A stretch of DNA of 64,000 bases from Acidobacteriota bacterium (lineage in GTDB: Bacteria > Acidobacteriota > Thermoanaerobaculia > Multivoradales > J023), in assembly GCA_039194425.1 (NCBI GenBank), contig JBCCVZ010000018.1, positions 68,164 through 132,163 on the forward strand, read 5' to 3'. The position numbers and the translations under genes are program-made. The stretch's first letter is position 1; each line of letters begins with the position of its first letter. Positions 30,239-39,893 of the stretch are shown here, one piece after another. A model generated the notes under the pieces. The model did not search any database. It was not told the origin of the DNA and saw only the letters and a program-made list of their open reading frames with translations.

Positions 30239-31342
30239 TCACTGCACGCGTGTGACTCCCGAACCGTCGATCCGCACCTCGTAGACCAGGGCGGTCGGAG
30301 GCGGCGCCGGGATCGAGCCGCTGCAGGTGTCGCGGATCAGCTGCGCGGTGGTGTCGAGCCACGCCTGCGGGTTGCCGTTGCAGCGCTTCGGGCCGAGGAC
30401 GTGGATCGTGCCGTTGATGCGAGTCACGGCGTAGACCGGATCCTTGGTACCGTGCAGATTCTGCTCGAGCAAGGTGGCGAAGTTGCCGTTGGCGTAGCGC
30501 CAGATTCGCATCGTCGTGCGCGTCGTCACGCCGAGCGCGTTGAGCTTCGCGACCACCCAGTCGATCTCGCCACCGTTCAGGTAGTTGGTGAGATACCGCG
30601 ACTTGATCGTCGACGACATGTAGCCGTGGGTGAGATTCTCCGTCACACGGAACGGCCAGCCCCATTCTTTGATGTCGGCGTTGTGCGGCTTCTGAGGCAT
30701 CAGCCCGAGAGCATGCTTCAGGAAGAAGTCCTGCCCCAGAGAGGCATCGTGCGCGCCGCTGTTGGGCAGCGTGCGGACGCTCGGCGTGAGGATGCGGTCA
30801 CCGGTCGAGAACAGGCTCAGGAAGCCGACGTGCGCCTGCATCAGAGGACGCAGCGGTCCGCGCACCGACGCGTCGGTGATGTCTTCGTAGACCAGTCCCA
30901 TCGTCGGCAGCGGCCACCAGTAGAGCCAGCTCGTCAGCTCCTTGCCCCACAGGCCGTAGTCCGCATCGAGCTGATTCACCGAGTAGCCAGCGAGGCGCGA
31001 CTTGGCGACCGCGTCGCCGTTGTCGAGGGCGTTCGCCGCCCACTTCATCTGCGGCTTGTTCCACGAGCCGTTGAAGTCCTTCGAGATTTGCGACACGTTG
31101 ACAAAGTGCTGCGGGTACTCGTCCTTGATCTGTCGCAGACAGCTGACGCCGTAGCGATCGTAGCCATCGAGCGCGACGCCGAGCACTTTGGCTTCCTCAT
31201 CGTTCGAGGGTGTCGGGCACGGAGGGATGATGGCGGCACTGGCCGACATTGCGAGGCCTGTCGCGAACACTGCAGCGAGCAGGGCGGGGAGCTGAGCGGT
31301 CAAGGCCGGCGATCGGCCAATCTGAGGGGAGCGTCCAAGCAT
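30239..31342 (-). CDS. secreted hypothetical protein
   Basis: 367 aa with signal peptide ALTAQLPALLAAVFATGLAMSASA. It sits 165 bp upstream of the giant M23 gene on the same strand. I recognise no family. Confidence 0.5.
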   Translation of the reverse strand: MLGRSPQIGRSPALTAQLPALLAAVFATGLAMSASAAIIPPCPTPSNDEEAKVLGVALDGYDRYGVSCLRQIKDEYPQHFVNVSQISKDFNGSWNKPQMKWAANALDNGDAVAKSRLAGYSVNQLDADYGLWGKELTSWLYWWPLPTMGLVYEDITDASVRGPLRPLMQAHVGFLSLFSTGDRILTPSVRTLPNSGAHDASLGQDFFLKHALGLMPQKPHNADIKEWGWPFRVTENLTHGYMSSTIKSRYLTNYLNGGEIDWVVAKLNALGVTTRTTMRIWRYANGNFATLLEQNLHGTKDPVYAVTRINGTIHVLGPKRCNGNPQAWLDTTAQLIRDTCSGSIPAPPPTALVYEVRIDGSGVTRVQ

Positions 31343-31482
31343 GAGGTCTCCTTGGGTGTGGAGGCCGCCGCGAGCCGAAGGTCGCGACGGCCTGCTGTTT
31401 TTCCATCACCCTTAGAAACGTCGATTCCCCGCCGACGGATTCATCACGGGACCAGTGGTCGATCCGCCTGTCCGAGAGGCCT

Positions 31483-33900
31483 TTAGAGCGAGATCGTCCG
31501 CAGGCGCAGTGCGTTGGCGATTACCGACACCGAGCTGAGGCTCATCGCCGCCGCGGCGATCATCGGGCTCAGCAGCAAGCCGAAGACCGGGTAGAGCACG
31601 CCCGCGGCCAGAGGCACACCGAGCGCGTTGTAGGCGAAGGCGAAGACGAGGTTCTGGCGCACGTTCGCCATCGTCGCGCGGCTCAGCCGGCGCGCCCGCA
31701 CGATGGCACGCAGGTCGCCGCGCACCAAGGTGACGTCGGCCGATTCCATCGCGACATCGGTGCCGGTGCCCATCGCCAGACCGACGTCGGCCCGCGCCAG
31801 CGCCGGCGCATCGTTGATGCCGTCGCCGGCCATCGCCACCACTGCGCCCCCGGCCTGGAGACGCGCGACGACCTCGGCCTTGTCCTCCGGCCGGACCTCG
31901 GCGACCACTTCGCTCACAACACGATTCCCGAGGCGCGCGGCGACCGCCTCGGCCGTACCGCGGCTGTCGCCCGTGAGCATCAGCAGGCGCAGGCCCTCGG
32001 CGCGCAGCGCGGCGAGCGCCTCGGGCGTCGTCTCTTTGATCGGGTCGGCGACCCCGAGCAGACCGGCGAAGCGGCCGTCGACCGCGGCGAAGATCACCGT
32101 CTGCGCGTCGGCGCGCAGCGTCTCGGCCTGGGCCGCCACATCGCTGTCCGTGGAGTCGTCGAGCGCGACGCCCAGCTCGTCGAGCAGCGCGCGGTTCCCC
32201 AGGGCCACATCGAACGACCGGTCCCGCGGCCCGCCATCGGAGCCGTTGCCGATCCGGACTCGACCGCGTACGCCGCGCCCGGTGAGCGACTCGAACTCGT
32301 CGACCTCACCGAGACTCCGGCCGACAGCACCGAGGCCGCGCTCTGTCGCCGCGTCGACCAGCGCCTCGGCCAGCGGATGCTCGCTCGCGCGCTCGAGCGT
32401 CGCCGTCAGGAGCAGCAACTCGCCTTCCGTGTGTCCACTCGCGGGCTCGATCGTCACCAGGCGCGGCCGACCCTCGGTGAGCGTGCCGGTCTTGTCGAAG
32501 ATCAACGTGTCGACGGCGCGCAATCGTTCGATCGCCTCCGCGTTCTTGAACAGCACGCCGGCGCCGGCACCGCGCCCGGTGGCGACCATGATCGACATCG
32601 GTGTCGCCAAGCCGAGCGCACAAGGGCAGGCGATGATCAGCACCGACACGGCGGTGACCAGCGCATAGGCCATCGCCGGCTCGGGACCGACCAGGCTCCA
32701 GACGACGAAGGCGACGACCGCGGTCGCGAGCACCACCGGCACGAAGACGGCGGCGACGCGATCGGCCAGCCGCTGAATCGGCGCGCGGCTGCGCTGAGCC
32801 TCAGCGACCATGGCGACGATACGCTCGAGCATCGTCTCCGACCCGACATGCTCGGCGCGCAGCACCAGCGCACCCGTGCCGTTGACCGTGGCGCCGATCA
32901 CCGCGTCACCGGCCACCTTCCGCACCGGCATCGACTCGCCGGTGACCATCGACTCGTCGACGGTGCTGGAGCCCTCGAGCACTGTTCCGTCGACCGGCAC
33001 CTTCTCGCCCGGGCGCACGCGCAGACGATCGCCGACCTGCACCTGATCGAGCGGCACGTCGTGCTCGTCGCCGGCCTCGTCGAGGCGACGCGCCGTGGCC
33101 GGCGCCAGGTCGAGCAGCGCCCGCAGAGCGGCACCGGTGCGGCTGCGCGCACGCAGCTCGAGCACCTGACCCAGCAGCACCAGCGTAACGATCACCGCCG
33201 CGGCCTCGAAGTAAACGCCGACCTCTCCTCCGTCGCCGCGAAACGCCGGCGGGAAAACCTGCGGCACGAGCGCGGCGACGACGCTGTAGCCGTACGACAC
33301 GGCGACGCCAAGCCCGATCAGGGTGAACATGTTGAGCGCTCGATTCACGATCGACTGCCAGGCGCGGACGTAGAACGGCCAGGCCGACCACAGGCACACC
33401 GGCGTCGCCAGCGCCAGCTCGACCAGCACACGCCGGCGAGGCGATAGCAGGTCGGCGAAGAGCCCGCCCAGGAGCATGGGTCCCATCGCCAACACCAGGA
33501 CCGGCAACGACAGCGCCGCGGCGAAGACGAAGCGCCGCGTCATGTCGCGCAGCTCGGGGTTGTCGTCGTCGACGGCGACCGTGCGCGGCTCGAGCGCCAT
33601 GCCGCAGAGCGGGCACGCCGCGGGCCCGTCGCGCACGATCTCGGGATGCATCGGGCAGGTGTACTCGACCTTGGTCGACGCCACCGGCGCCATCGACTCC
33701 AGCGCCATCCCGCACTGTGGGCAGTCGCCGGGGGCATCTCGGTGCACATCGGGATGCATCGGGCAGGTGTAGCCGGCTCCGTCGCCGGCAGTCCCGACGG
33801 CGGACTCGGCGACGGACTGCCTGGCGGCGGAGTGCCCGGCGGCCGAATGTCCGCAGCAGCCACCACCGTCGGCGCGAGCGGGCTCGTGCGTCGAGGTCAT
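31483..33900 (-). CDS. copA: copper-translocating P1B-type ATPase
   Basis: Two N-terminal YTCPMHP...CPxCGM metal-binding modules are followed by the CPC motif [13 protein letters not shown], the phosphorylation site DKTGTLT, MLTGD, and [10 protein letters not shown]. Confidence 0.9.
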   Translation of the reverse strand: MTSTHEPARADGGGCCGHSAAGHSAARQSVAESAVGTAGDGAGYTCPMHPDVHRDAPGDCPQCGMALESMAPVASTKVEYTCPMHPEIVRDGPAACPLCGMALEPRTVAVDDDNPELRDMTRRFVFAAALSLPVLVLAMGPMLLGGLFADLLSPRRRVLVELALATPVCLWSAWPFYVRAWQSIVNRALNMFTLIGLGVAVSYGYSVVAALVPQVFPPAFRGDGGEVGVYFEAAAVIVTLVLLGQVLELRARSRTGAALRALLDLAPATARRLDEAGDEHDVPLDQVQVGDRLRVRPGEKVPVDGTVLEGSSTVDESMVTGESMPVRKVAGDAVIGATVNGTGALVLRAEHVGSETMLERIVAMVAEAQRSRAPIQRLADRVAAVFVPVVLATAVVAFVVWSLVGPEPAMAYALVTAVSVLIIACPCALGLATPMSIMVATGRGAGAGVLFKNAEAIERLRAVDTLIFDKTGTLTEGRPRLVTIEPASGHTEGELLLLTATLERASEHPLAEALVDAATERGLGAVGRSLGEVDEFESLTGRGVRGRVRIGNGSDGGPRDRSFDVALGNRALLDELGVALDDSTDSDVAAQAETLRADAQTVIFAAVDGRFAGLLGVADPIKETTPEALAALRAEGLRLLMLTGDSRGTAEAVAARLGNRVVSEVVAEVRPEDKAEVVARLQAGGAVVAMAGDGINDAPALARADVGLAMGTGTDVAMESADVTLVRGDLRAIVRARRLSRATMANVRQNLVFAFAYNALGVPLAAGVLYPVFGLLLSPMIAAAAMSLSSVSVIANALRLRTISL

Positions 33901-34349
33901 TGAGCGTCCTCCGCCGTCCGTGACGTCCGGTCGGCTCGCGGCTCGAGCGCCTCGAGGATCGGGCAGCCACTCATCGCCGCGTCGGCATGCTCGCTGCGCT
34001 CCTCGCAGGCCGACACCAGCCGCGCCAACACGCCCCGCATCTGCTCGAGGTCGGCGATCCGCCGCTCGATGTCGTCGATCTTGGCCGACGCGGCGGCGCG
34101 TACCCGGTCGCGGTTCTCGGTCGGCCGCGCCCGCAGCGCCAGCAACTCGCCGATCTCGTCCAGCGTGAATCCCAGCTCCTTGGCGCGCCGGATGAAGCGC
34201 AGGCGATCGGCCGCCTCGGGTTCGTACTGTCGGTAACCCGACGGCCGTCGAGGCGGCTCCGCGAGCAGGCCGCGGCGCTCGTAGAAACGAATGGTTTCGA
34301 CGCCGACGTCGGCGGCACGCGCCAGCTGTCCGATGGTCAGAGTGTCCAT
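33897..34349 (-). CDS. cueR: MerR-family metal-responsive regulator (CueR/HmrR-like)
   Basis: The HTH is [29 protein letters not shown], followed by a dimerisation helix and the C-terminal metal-binding SGCPILEAL. Its stop overlaps the copA start in an ATGA. Confidence 0.8.
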   Translation of the reverse strand: MDTLTIGQLARAADVGVETIRFYERRGLLAEPPRRPSGYRQYEPEAADRLRFIRRAKELGFTLDEIGELLALRARPTENRDRVRAAASAKIDDIERRIADLEQMRGVLARLVSACEERSEHADAAMSGCPILEALEPRADRTSRTAEDAQ

Positions 34350-34380
34350 AGGCTGTCTCCCGGCTCGTTCGTCCGAGGGA

Positions 34381-34413
34381 AGCCTACACTCCGTACTCGA
34401 CTACAGAGTCAAG
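34381..34413 (-). promoter_or_regulatory. MerR-type promoter candidate for cueR-copA (TTGACT-20bp-TAGGCT with internal imperfect dyad CTCTGTA-N6-TACGGAG)
   Basis: Read on the minus strand. The long spacer with an operator dyad between -35 and -10 is the hallmark of MerR-regulated promoters. It sits 32 bp upstream of the cueR ATG. Confidence 0.3.
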
Positions 34414-34414
34414 C

Positions 34415-34999
34415 TCACGAGCCGATCGAGGCGAGATCGCCGAGCATGTCGTAGGCGTCGCGGATCAGATCTGCCAGGGACTCTTGGCTCTCTGGCGCCT
34501 GCCAGCGCTCGAGCGCGATCTCGAGGCCGAGGACAGCGGCGCCGGCGAGCAGCGGGGCCGCGCTCCGGTCCTTCGCGGGCAAGACGTCGGCGATGGCCTC
34601 GGCGAGATCGTGTCTGGCCTTGAGATCGTCTTCGACGGCGGCGCCGTGCAACGACTCGGTGCCGAAGATGAGGCGCAGGCGGGCGAGTTGGAAGTCTCGC
34701 TCGGCCTCGAAGCGTACGGCCAGAGTCTCGAGCAGAGCGTCGCGGATCGCCTCGTGCGGCGGTTGACGCCCGAGCCGCGCCGCCAGCGCCGCGTCGACCG
34801 CGTCCGCATGCTCGTCCCACAAGACGAGATACTCCTTGGTGCCGAAGTGTCGAAAGATCGTCGACGCGGCCATGCCAGAGTCGCGGGCGATCTCTTCGAC
34901 GGTCACCTGGTCGAATCCGCGATGCTCGAAGAGGCGCAGCGCGACGCGTTGTGCCTCGCGCATGGCTCGGATGCGGTTGCGTTGGCGCAGAGACTCCAT
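34415..34999 (-). CDS. TetR/AcrR-family transcriptional regulator
   Basis: The HTH is GFDQVTVEEIARDSGMAASTIFRHFGTKEYL. It is divergent from the DUF418 gene. Confidence 0.8.
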   Translation of the reverse strand: MESLRQRNRIRAMREAQRVALRLFEHRGFDQVTVEEIARDSGMAASTIFRHFGTKEYLVLWDEHADAVDAALAARLGRQPPHEAIRDALLETLAVRFEAERDFQLARLRLIFGTESLHGAAVEDDLKARHDLAEAIADVLPAKDRSAAPLLAGAAVLGLEIALERWQAPESQESLADLIRDAYDMLGDLASIGS

Positions 35000-35040
35000 G
35001 GCGCGAGCGTATCAAGTCACTCCGACAACCCAAATGGCCC

Positions 35041-35061
35041 TCGCTCTATTTTTAGGAGCGA
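35041..35061. promoter_or_regulatory. inverted repeat TCGCTC-N9-GAGCGA in the TetR/DUF418 divergent intergenic region
   Basis: Short dyad between the divergent starts. This is a weak operator candidate. Confidence 0.2.
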
Positions 35062-35097
35062 CTTGCAATTTGAGATCGAGCCGTGTACCTTCGATCC

Positions 35098-36369
35098 ATG
35101 GACACGACCGCACCGAGCACAACCGCACCGAGCACAACCGCACCGAGCAAGACCGCACCGAGCACAACCACCCAGCGCATCACGAGCCTCGACACCATCC
35201 GCGGTGTCGCCGTCCTCGGCATCTTGACCATGAATGTCGTGTCGTACGGCCTCGGGACGTCGGCCTACTTCAATCTCGACGCCTCGAGCCCCCAGAGCCT
35301 GCTCGATTGGACGGTCGGGGTCGCCGGCGAGATCTTCTTCGACCAGAAGTTCATGGCCCTGTTCTCGATGCTCTTCGGCACCGGCATCGTGATCTTCGCC
35401 GACCGCGCGGAGCACAAGGGACGGCATGCCGTCGGCCTCAGCCTGCGCCGCAACGCCCTCCTGCTCGGTTTCGGCCTGTGTCACGGCGCCTTCTGGGACG
35501 GCGACGTCCTCTTCATCTACGCGGTCTGCGCGCCGGCGGTGCTCGCCCTGCGCCGCCTGCCGACAGGCCTGCTCGTCGCTCTCGGCGTCGGCGTGATGCT
35601 GCTCTCGCCGCTCGGCGCGCTCGCGGCCCAGGCGGCCATCGCTCCGGAGCTCGCGGCCGATCCGTCGACCGGGCTCGGCGTCTACTGGGGGCACGACGGC
35701 CCGATGCTCGACGCCGCCGGACTGTGGCTGATCTCGGACTTCTTTCTCCGCGCCTTCGGCATGATGCTGCTCGGCATCGCCGCCCTGCGCAGTGGACTGC
35801 TCACCGGTGCGCTCGACGACTCTCGATTGCGGCGTTCCGCCGGCTGGAGCCTCGGCCTCGGCCTGCCGCTCGCCGCGCTCGGCGTCGCCGTGCTCGCGGC
35901 GCGAGACTTCGCGCCCGACATCGCGCTCGTCGCTTCGATTCCGAACACCCTGGCGACGATCCCGCTGGCCGTCGCCTACGCCAGCCTGATCATCCTGTGG
36001 ACGAAACGCACGACTCGTCGCGCGCTCGTGGCGAAGATCGACGCGGTCGGCCGCATGGCGCTCACCAACTACCTCGCACAAACCGCTCTCGGACTCCTCG
36101 TGCTGCGCGGCCTCTTCGCGCCGGGCGACCTCGGTCGCACCGCTCTGCTGGTGTTCGCGGTCGGTGTCTGGGTGCTCCAGCTCTGGTGGTCGGAGCGATG
36201 GCTGCGCTCGTTCGCCTACGGCCCACTCGAATGGCTGTGGCGCTGGGCCACCTACGGTCGGAGACCTCGGCTGCGACGCACGGAGCCCTCTGAGACAGCA
36301 CCGCAGCGAGCGGCAGCGGACTCACCCCTCAGCCTGGCGGCGAGTGATCGAGGGCGCGGCACAGACTGA
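35098..36369 (+). CDS. DUF418-family (YeiB-like) polytopic membrane protein
   Basis: About 10 TM helices. Conserved DUF418 elements include SLDTIRGVAVLGIL, MALTNYLAQT and YGPLEWLWRW. The N-terminus has a TAPST repeat. The track start (35083) is a GTG; the ATG is at 35098. Confidence 0.65.
   Translation: MDTTAPSTTAPSTTAPSKTAPSTTTQRITSLDTIRGVAVLGILTMNVVSYGLGTSAYFNLDASSPQSLLDWTVGVAGEIFFDQKFMALFSMLFGTGIVIFADRAEHKGRHAVGLSLRRNALLLGFGLCHGAFWDGDVLFIYAVCAPAVLALRRLPTGLLVALGVGVMLLSPLGALAAQAAIAPELAADPSTGLGVYWGHDGPMLDAAGLWLISDFFLRAFGMMLLGIAALRSGLLTGALDDSRLRRSAGWSLGLGLPLAALGVAVLAARDFAPDIALVASIPNTLATIPLAVAYASLIILWTKRTTRRALVAKIDAVGRMALTNYLAQTALGLLVLRGLFAPGDLGRTALLVFAVGVWVLQLWWSERWLRSFAYGPLEWLWRWATYGRRPRLRRTEPSETAPQRAAADSPLSLAASDRGRGTD
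35107..35166 (+). repeat. 4 x 15-bp perfect/near-perfect tandem repeat (ACCGCACCGAGCACA) encoding (TAPST)n at the 5' end of the DUF418 gene
   Basis: Directly visible: accgcaccgagcaca x2, accgcaccgagcaag, accgcaccgagcaca. Confidence 0.85.
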
Positions 36370-36496
36370 TCCACTGGCCGAGGTGACAGGCGCCGGAATC
36401 AGGATACGCAGTTTCCATCGATTTATTTGCATGCATCGATACAATCGCCGTAAGATTGGTCACGTTCCCTGCAACGTTCACCAACTGGAGATCATC

Positions 36497-37345
36497 ATGC
36501 ACCCCAAGGATCACCTCGGTCGCCTCTTCGGCCTTCTCATCGTGCTCTCGATGTTCGCCGTCCAGCCAGCCTTCGCAGCCGCCGAGACGTGCTTCGAAAT
36601 CTCCGACCGTGCGTTCACGGTCCGCGAATGCCTCGAGCTCGACTCTCCGTCGTCGATCGCCCCGGCGACGGCGCCGATCGCTTCGCCCGTGCTCGCAGCT
36701 GCCGCGCACGAACTGTCGTGGAATCCAGAGCTCCTGTCCCAAGTGAGCCAGCGAGCCGAAGCCTCCGGTGTCTACACGCGAACTGCCTTCCTGGACGGCG
36801 AGGCGATGGAGCTGCGCACCGACCGCTTCAGGGCCTTTCGCGAGGGCTCAGCCGACCATGTGCGCTTCGGCATCGATCTCGAAGGCCAAGAGACGGCGAG
36901 CCTACTGATCGAGACCGTCGAGGACGGGGCCCGGCGCGCTGGCGGCTCGGGAGCACTCGTCGTGGAGTCCGGAGACGGTCGGTCGGTGACTCTCCCGATC
37001 GTCGACGGTGACGTCGTCCCGTCAGCCCGTGGATCCCTCGGAGGGACCAAGAGCAGCTTCTACATGGGCTGCTACATCGACACGCCGGCGTTCGACACCT
37101 ACCAAGCAGACGCCTGCTTCCACCTCGGAACGACGCCTTCGATCGCGGCGTTCAAGGTCTTCTTGCCCTACACGCCGCAGTACGTGGTGTGGAGTCAGCC
37201 CTCCTCCAGCTGCAGCAGCGTCTTCTGCAGCGCGCCGATCTCGCCGGGTCAGACGGTTTACGGCTATGCCTACTGGGTGATCAACAACATCCCGACGGGC
37301 CCAGTTTCAGCGACCGCGCGCTACATCTTCGAGCCGGGCTTCTGA
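36497..37345 (+). CDS. secreted hypothetical protein
   Basis: An ATG at 36497 is preceded by GGAG. The signal peptide is MHPKDHLGRLFGLLIVLSMFAVQPAFAAA. An AT-rich promoter-like region (about 36400-36450, includes TACAAT) lies upstream. Confidence 0.5.
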   Translation: MHPKDHLGRLFGLLIVLSMFAVQPAFAAAETCFEISDRAFTVRECLELDSPSSIAPATAPIASPVLAAAAHELSWNPELLSQVSQRAEASGVYTRTAFLDGEAMELRTDRFRAFREGSADHVRFGIDLEGQETASLLIETVEDGARRAGGSGALVVESGDGRSVTLPIVDGDVVPSARGSLGGTKSSFYMGCYIDTPAFDTYQADACFHLGTTPSIAAFKVFLPYTPQYVVWSQPSSSCSSVFCSAPISPGQTVYGYAYWVINNIPTGPVSATARYIFEPGF

Positions 37346-37374
37346 GCCGTCTCGCGTCGACCGCACGAGGGAGC

Positions 37375-39012
37375 TCAACGCGTCTCTTGAGCCAGATGTC
37401 GGTGGACCGCCGACACGACGACAGAGCCCTCACCGACCGCCGAGGCAACGCGCTTCACCGAGCCCGAGCGGATGTCGCCGACAGCGAAGATGCCGGGGTG
37501 CGACGTGGCGTACTGACCGAGACCCGGGGCGAGATCGGGGCCGGTGCGCACGAAGCCGTGGTCGTCGAGAGCGACGAGGCCGTCGAGCCACGCGGTGTTC
37601 GGCGCCGCGCCGATCATGATGAAGAGAGCCCGGGTCTCGATCTCCTCCTCGCTGACCTTGCCATCGGCCGCGGTCCGGCGCAAAGTGATTCCCTCGAGCC
37701 GGTCCGTGCCGTGCAGCCGACTGACCTCGGTGTGCGTGTGCAGCTCGATCCGCGGGTCACGCTCGATGCGCTCCGACAGGTAGGCCGACATGGTGTCGGC
37801 GAGCCCCGCGCCACGCACCACGACCAGGGTGCAGCGCGCATGCCGCGACAAGAACATCGCCGCCTGACCGGCCGAGTTGCCGCCGCCGACGATCACCGCG
37901 TTCGTCCCGCGGCAGAAGCGTGCTTCGAGCTCCGTCGCCGCGTAGTAGACGCCCTTGCTCTCGAGCTCGGCAAGCCGCTCGAGCGGCAGGCGGCGGTACT
38001 GCACGCCGTTGGCCAGGACGACGGTGCGTCCGCGCACACAGCGCTCGTCGTCGAGCACCACGTGGAACAGGCCGTCCTTCGTCTTCAGCCGCGTGGCCCG
38101 TCGCGGCGCCGTGATGCGTGCGCCGAACTTCACCGCCTGCACCTCGCCGCGGTGCGCCAGCTCAGCGCCCGAGACGCCCCTCGGGAACCCAAGATAGTTC
38201 TCGATCCGCGACGACGTCCCGGCCTGGCCGCCGATCGCGGTGTCTTCGATCGCCAACACGGCGAGCCCCTCGGACGCGGCATAGACCGCCACCGCCAGGC
38301 CCGCGGGACCGGCGCCGACCACCAGCACGTCGAAGACTTGATCGGTGTCGGCCACCAGGTCGAGGCCGAGCGCCGCCGCCAGCTGGCGAGGAGACGGCGC
38401 CGCCAGAACCTCGAGCCGACCGACGACGGCCGCCGGGCCGGCAGCTGGCAGCGTCAGCTCGCCGAGCGAGGCCACGCCCTCGTCGTCGGCGCGATCGATC
38501 CAGCGGTGCGGGATGCGACTGCGCGAGGCGAACTCGCGCAGCCGTAGTGCGCGTGGATCGTCGTCGCCGCCAATCAGAATCAGGCCGCCCTCGTTCCACT
38601 CCATCAGCAGGCGGCGGCGGGCGACGAAGGCCGAGACGATGACATCGCCGACCTCTGGGACAGTCGCCACCAGCTCGCGCAGCGTCGCCTGCGAGACCCG
38701 CAGCACCTCGCTGTCACTGGCGGCGATGCCGGCGAGAAACGTGCCCTGCCCCATCAGCATGCCCAGCTCGCCGACGAACTGGCCGGCCTCGATGCGCACG
38801 ATCACCCGATCGTCACCGCGATCGACGATGTTCAGCGCGCCGCGCTCGATGAAGTAGAAGTCGTATCCCGGCTGGCCGACGTCCCACAGGACCTCGCCCG
38901 CGCCGACCGTGCGCCGCGTGCCGTTCTCCTCGAGAATCTCGAGGACCTCCACATCGAGCGTCGGCCACGCGACGCGCTCGAGGTCGGTCCGCGGTGTCGA
39001 TGTGCGTGTCAT
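37375..39012 (-). CDS. cyclic-nucleotide-binding domain fused to thioredoxin-reductase-like FAD/NAD(P) oxidoreductase
   Basis: The N-terminal cNMP-binding motif is FYFIERGALNIV...FVGELGML. The C-terminal part has two Rossmann motifs, VLVVGAGPAGLAVAVYAA and AVIVGGGNSAGQAAMFL, with the ending GIFAVGDIRSG. Confidence 0.75.
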   Translation of the reverse strand: MTRTSTPRTDLERVAWPTLDVEVLEILEENGTRRTVGAGEVLWDVGQPGYDFYFIERGALNIVDRGDDRVIVRIEAGQFVGELGMLMGQGTFLAGIAASDSEVLRVSQATLRELVATVPEVGDVIVSAFVARRRLLMEWNEGGLILIGGDDDPRALRLREFASRSRIPHRWIDRADDEGVASLGELTLPAAGPAAVVGRLEVLAAPSPRQLAAALGLDLVADTDQVFDVLVVGAGPAGLAVAVYAASEGLAVLAIEDTAIGGQAGTSSRIENYLGFPRGVSGAELAHRGEVQAVKFGARITAPRRATRLKTKDGLFHVVLDDERCVRGRTVVLANGVQYRRLPLERLAELESKGVYYAATELEARFCRGTNAVIVGGGNSAGQAAMFLSRHARCTLVVVRGAGLADTMSAYLSERIERDPRIELHTHTEVSRLHGTDRLEGITLRRTAADGKVSEEEIETRALFIMIGAAPNTAWLDGLVALDDHGFVRTGPDLAPGLGQYATSHPGIFAVGDIRSGSVKRVASAVGEGSVVVSAVHRHLAQETR

Positions 39013-39119
39013 GTGCCGAGTATGCCAGGTCGCACCGACGACCCGGTCGTGAGCGTCACCGCAATCGAAGCGCCCATGTCTCGTCCAGAGAACGCACCGC
39101 GCTCTGATATCGTTCAGCG

Positions 39120-39350
39120 ATGCCGAATCCGTTGAAGCGTGAGATTTCCGTAGCGCTCGATGAAGACCTGATCGCCGAGCTTGAGCGAGGGCCAGGAAGC
39201 CTCTCGAAGCAGGTCAATGAGGCAGTCCGCGAGACCCTCCGACACCAGCGACGCCAGCGGCTACTCGTCGAGTTCTTGGATGATCTTGATCGGCGCCATG
39301 GCCCCGTCGCCGAAGAACGCGTCCAGGCCTTCACCAGGCTCCTCGAATGA
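39120..39350 (+). CDS. type II antitoxin (RHH/VapB-like)
   Basis: 76 aa, translationally coupled (ATGA at 39347-39350) to a PIN-domain gene. The locus has lower GC than its surroundings. Confidence 0.5.
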   Translation: MPNPLKREISVALDEDLIAELERGPGSLSKQVNEAVRETLRHQRRQRLLVEFLDDLDRRHGPVAEERVQAFTRLLE

Positions 39351-39760
39351 CCTCTTGTGTCGTCTTGGATTCCGAGGCGATGTCGGCGCTCTCGGGGCCT
39401 AAAGGAACGCGCAATACCGAGGTGCGAGCTGCGCTTCGGGCAGCAAGTCGGCTCCGCCGAGAAGTGTTGGTGCCAGCGGTCGTGCTCGCCGAACTCTACC
39501 GAGGGCGGGGACACAATCAGCTGGTCGATGCATGCCTCTCTCGTGAGACCGGGATCGCTGCGACTCCGACCGATCGCAAGTTGGCGCGTATCGTCGGCGC
39601 CGTCTTGACAGCTGCAGGGGCCGGTTCGGAAATGCTAGCGGATGCGCACGTCGTCGCGGCAGCAGTCGAGTCCGGCGGTGGCCTGATCCTGACAGGAGAT
39701 CCGAGCGACATGGAGCAGCTGGCGGCACCGTTCCGGTCCGTCTTGGTCGCCAAAATCTGA
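39347..39760 (+). CDS. PIN-domain toxin (VapC-like)
   Basis: 137 aa with the acidic PIN residues in VVLDSEAM, ...LAELYRG..., AHVVAAAVESGG and ILTGDPSDM. Confidence 0.6.
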   Translation: MTSCVVLDSEAMSALSGPKGTRNTEVRAALRAASRLRREVLVPAVVLAELYRGRGHNQLVDACLSRETGIAATPTDRKLARIVGAVLTAAGAGSEMLADAHVVAAAVESGGGLILTGDPSDMEQLAAPFRSVLVAKI

Positions 39761-39893
39761 CTCGCTCACGAAACGATGCCCAGTTCGCGAGCGAGGCGCA
39801 TCCACCAGGATTCGAAGCGAAGGCCCGGACACGGACTGGGCAGCTCGCTGCGCGGCCAACGACCGGACGGCGACGGCGCCCTGACCGTCGGAG

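Noticed and set aside
39056-39514. 152-aa minus-strand ORF overlapping the VapB/VapC genes
   Set aside because: It is antisense to a coherent, translationally coupled toxin-antitoxin pair and has no recognisable features.
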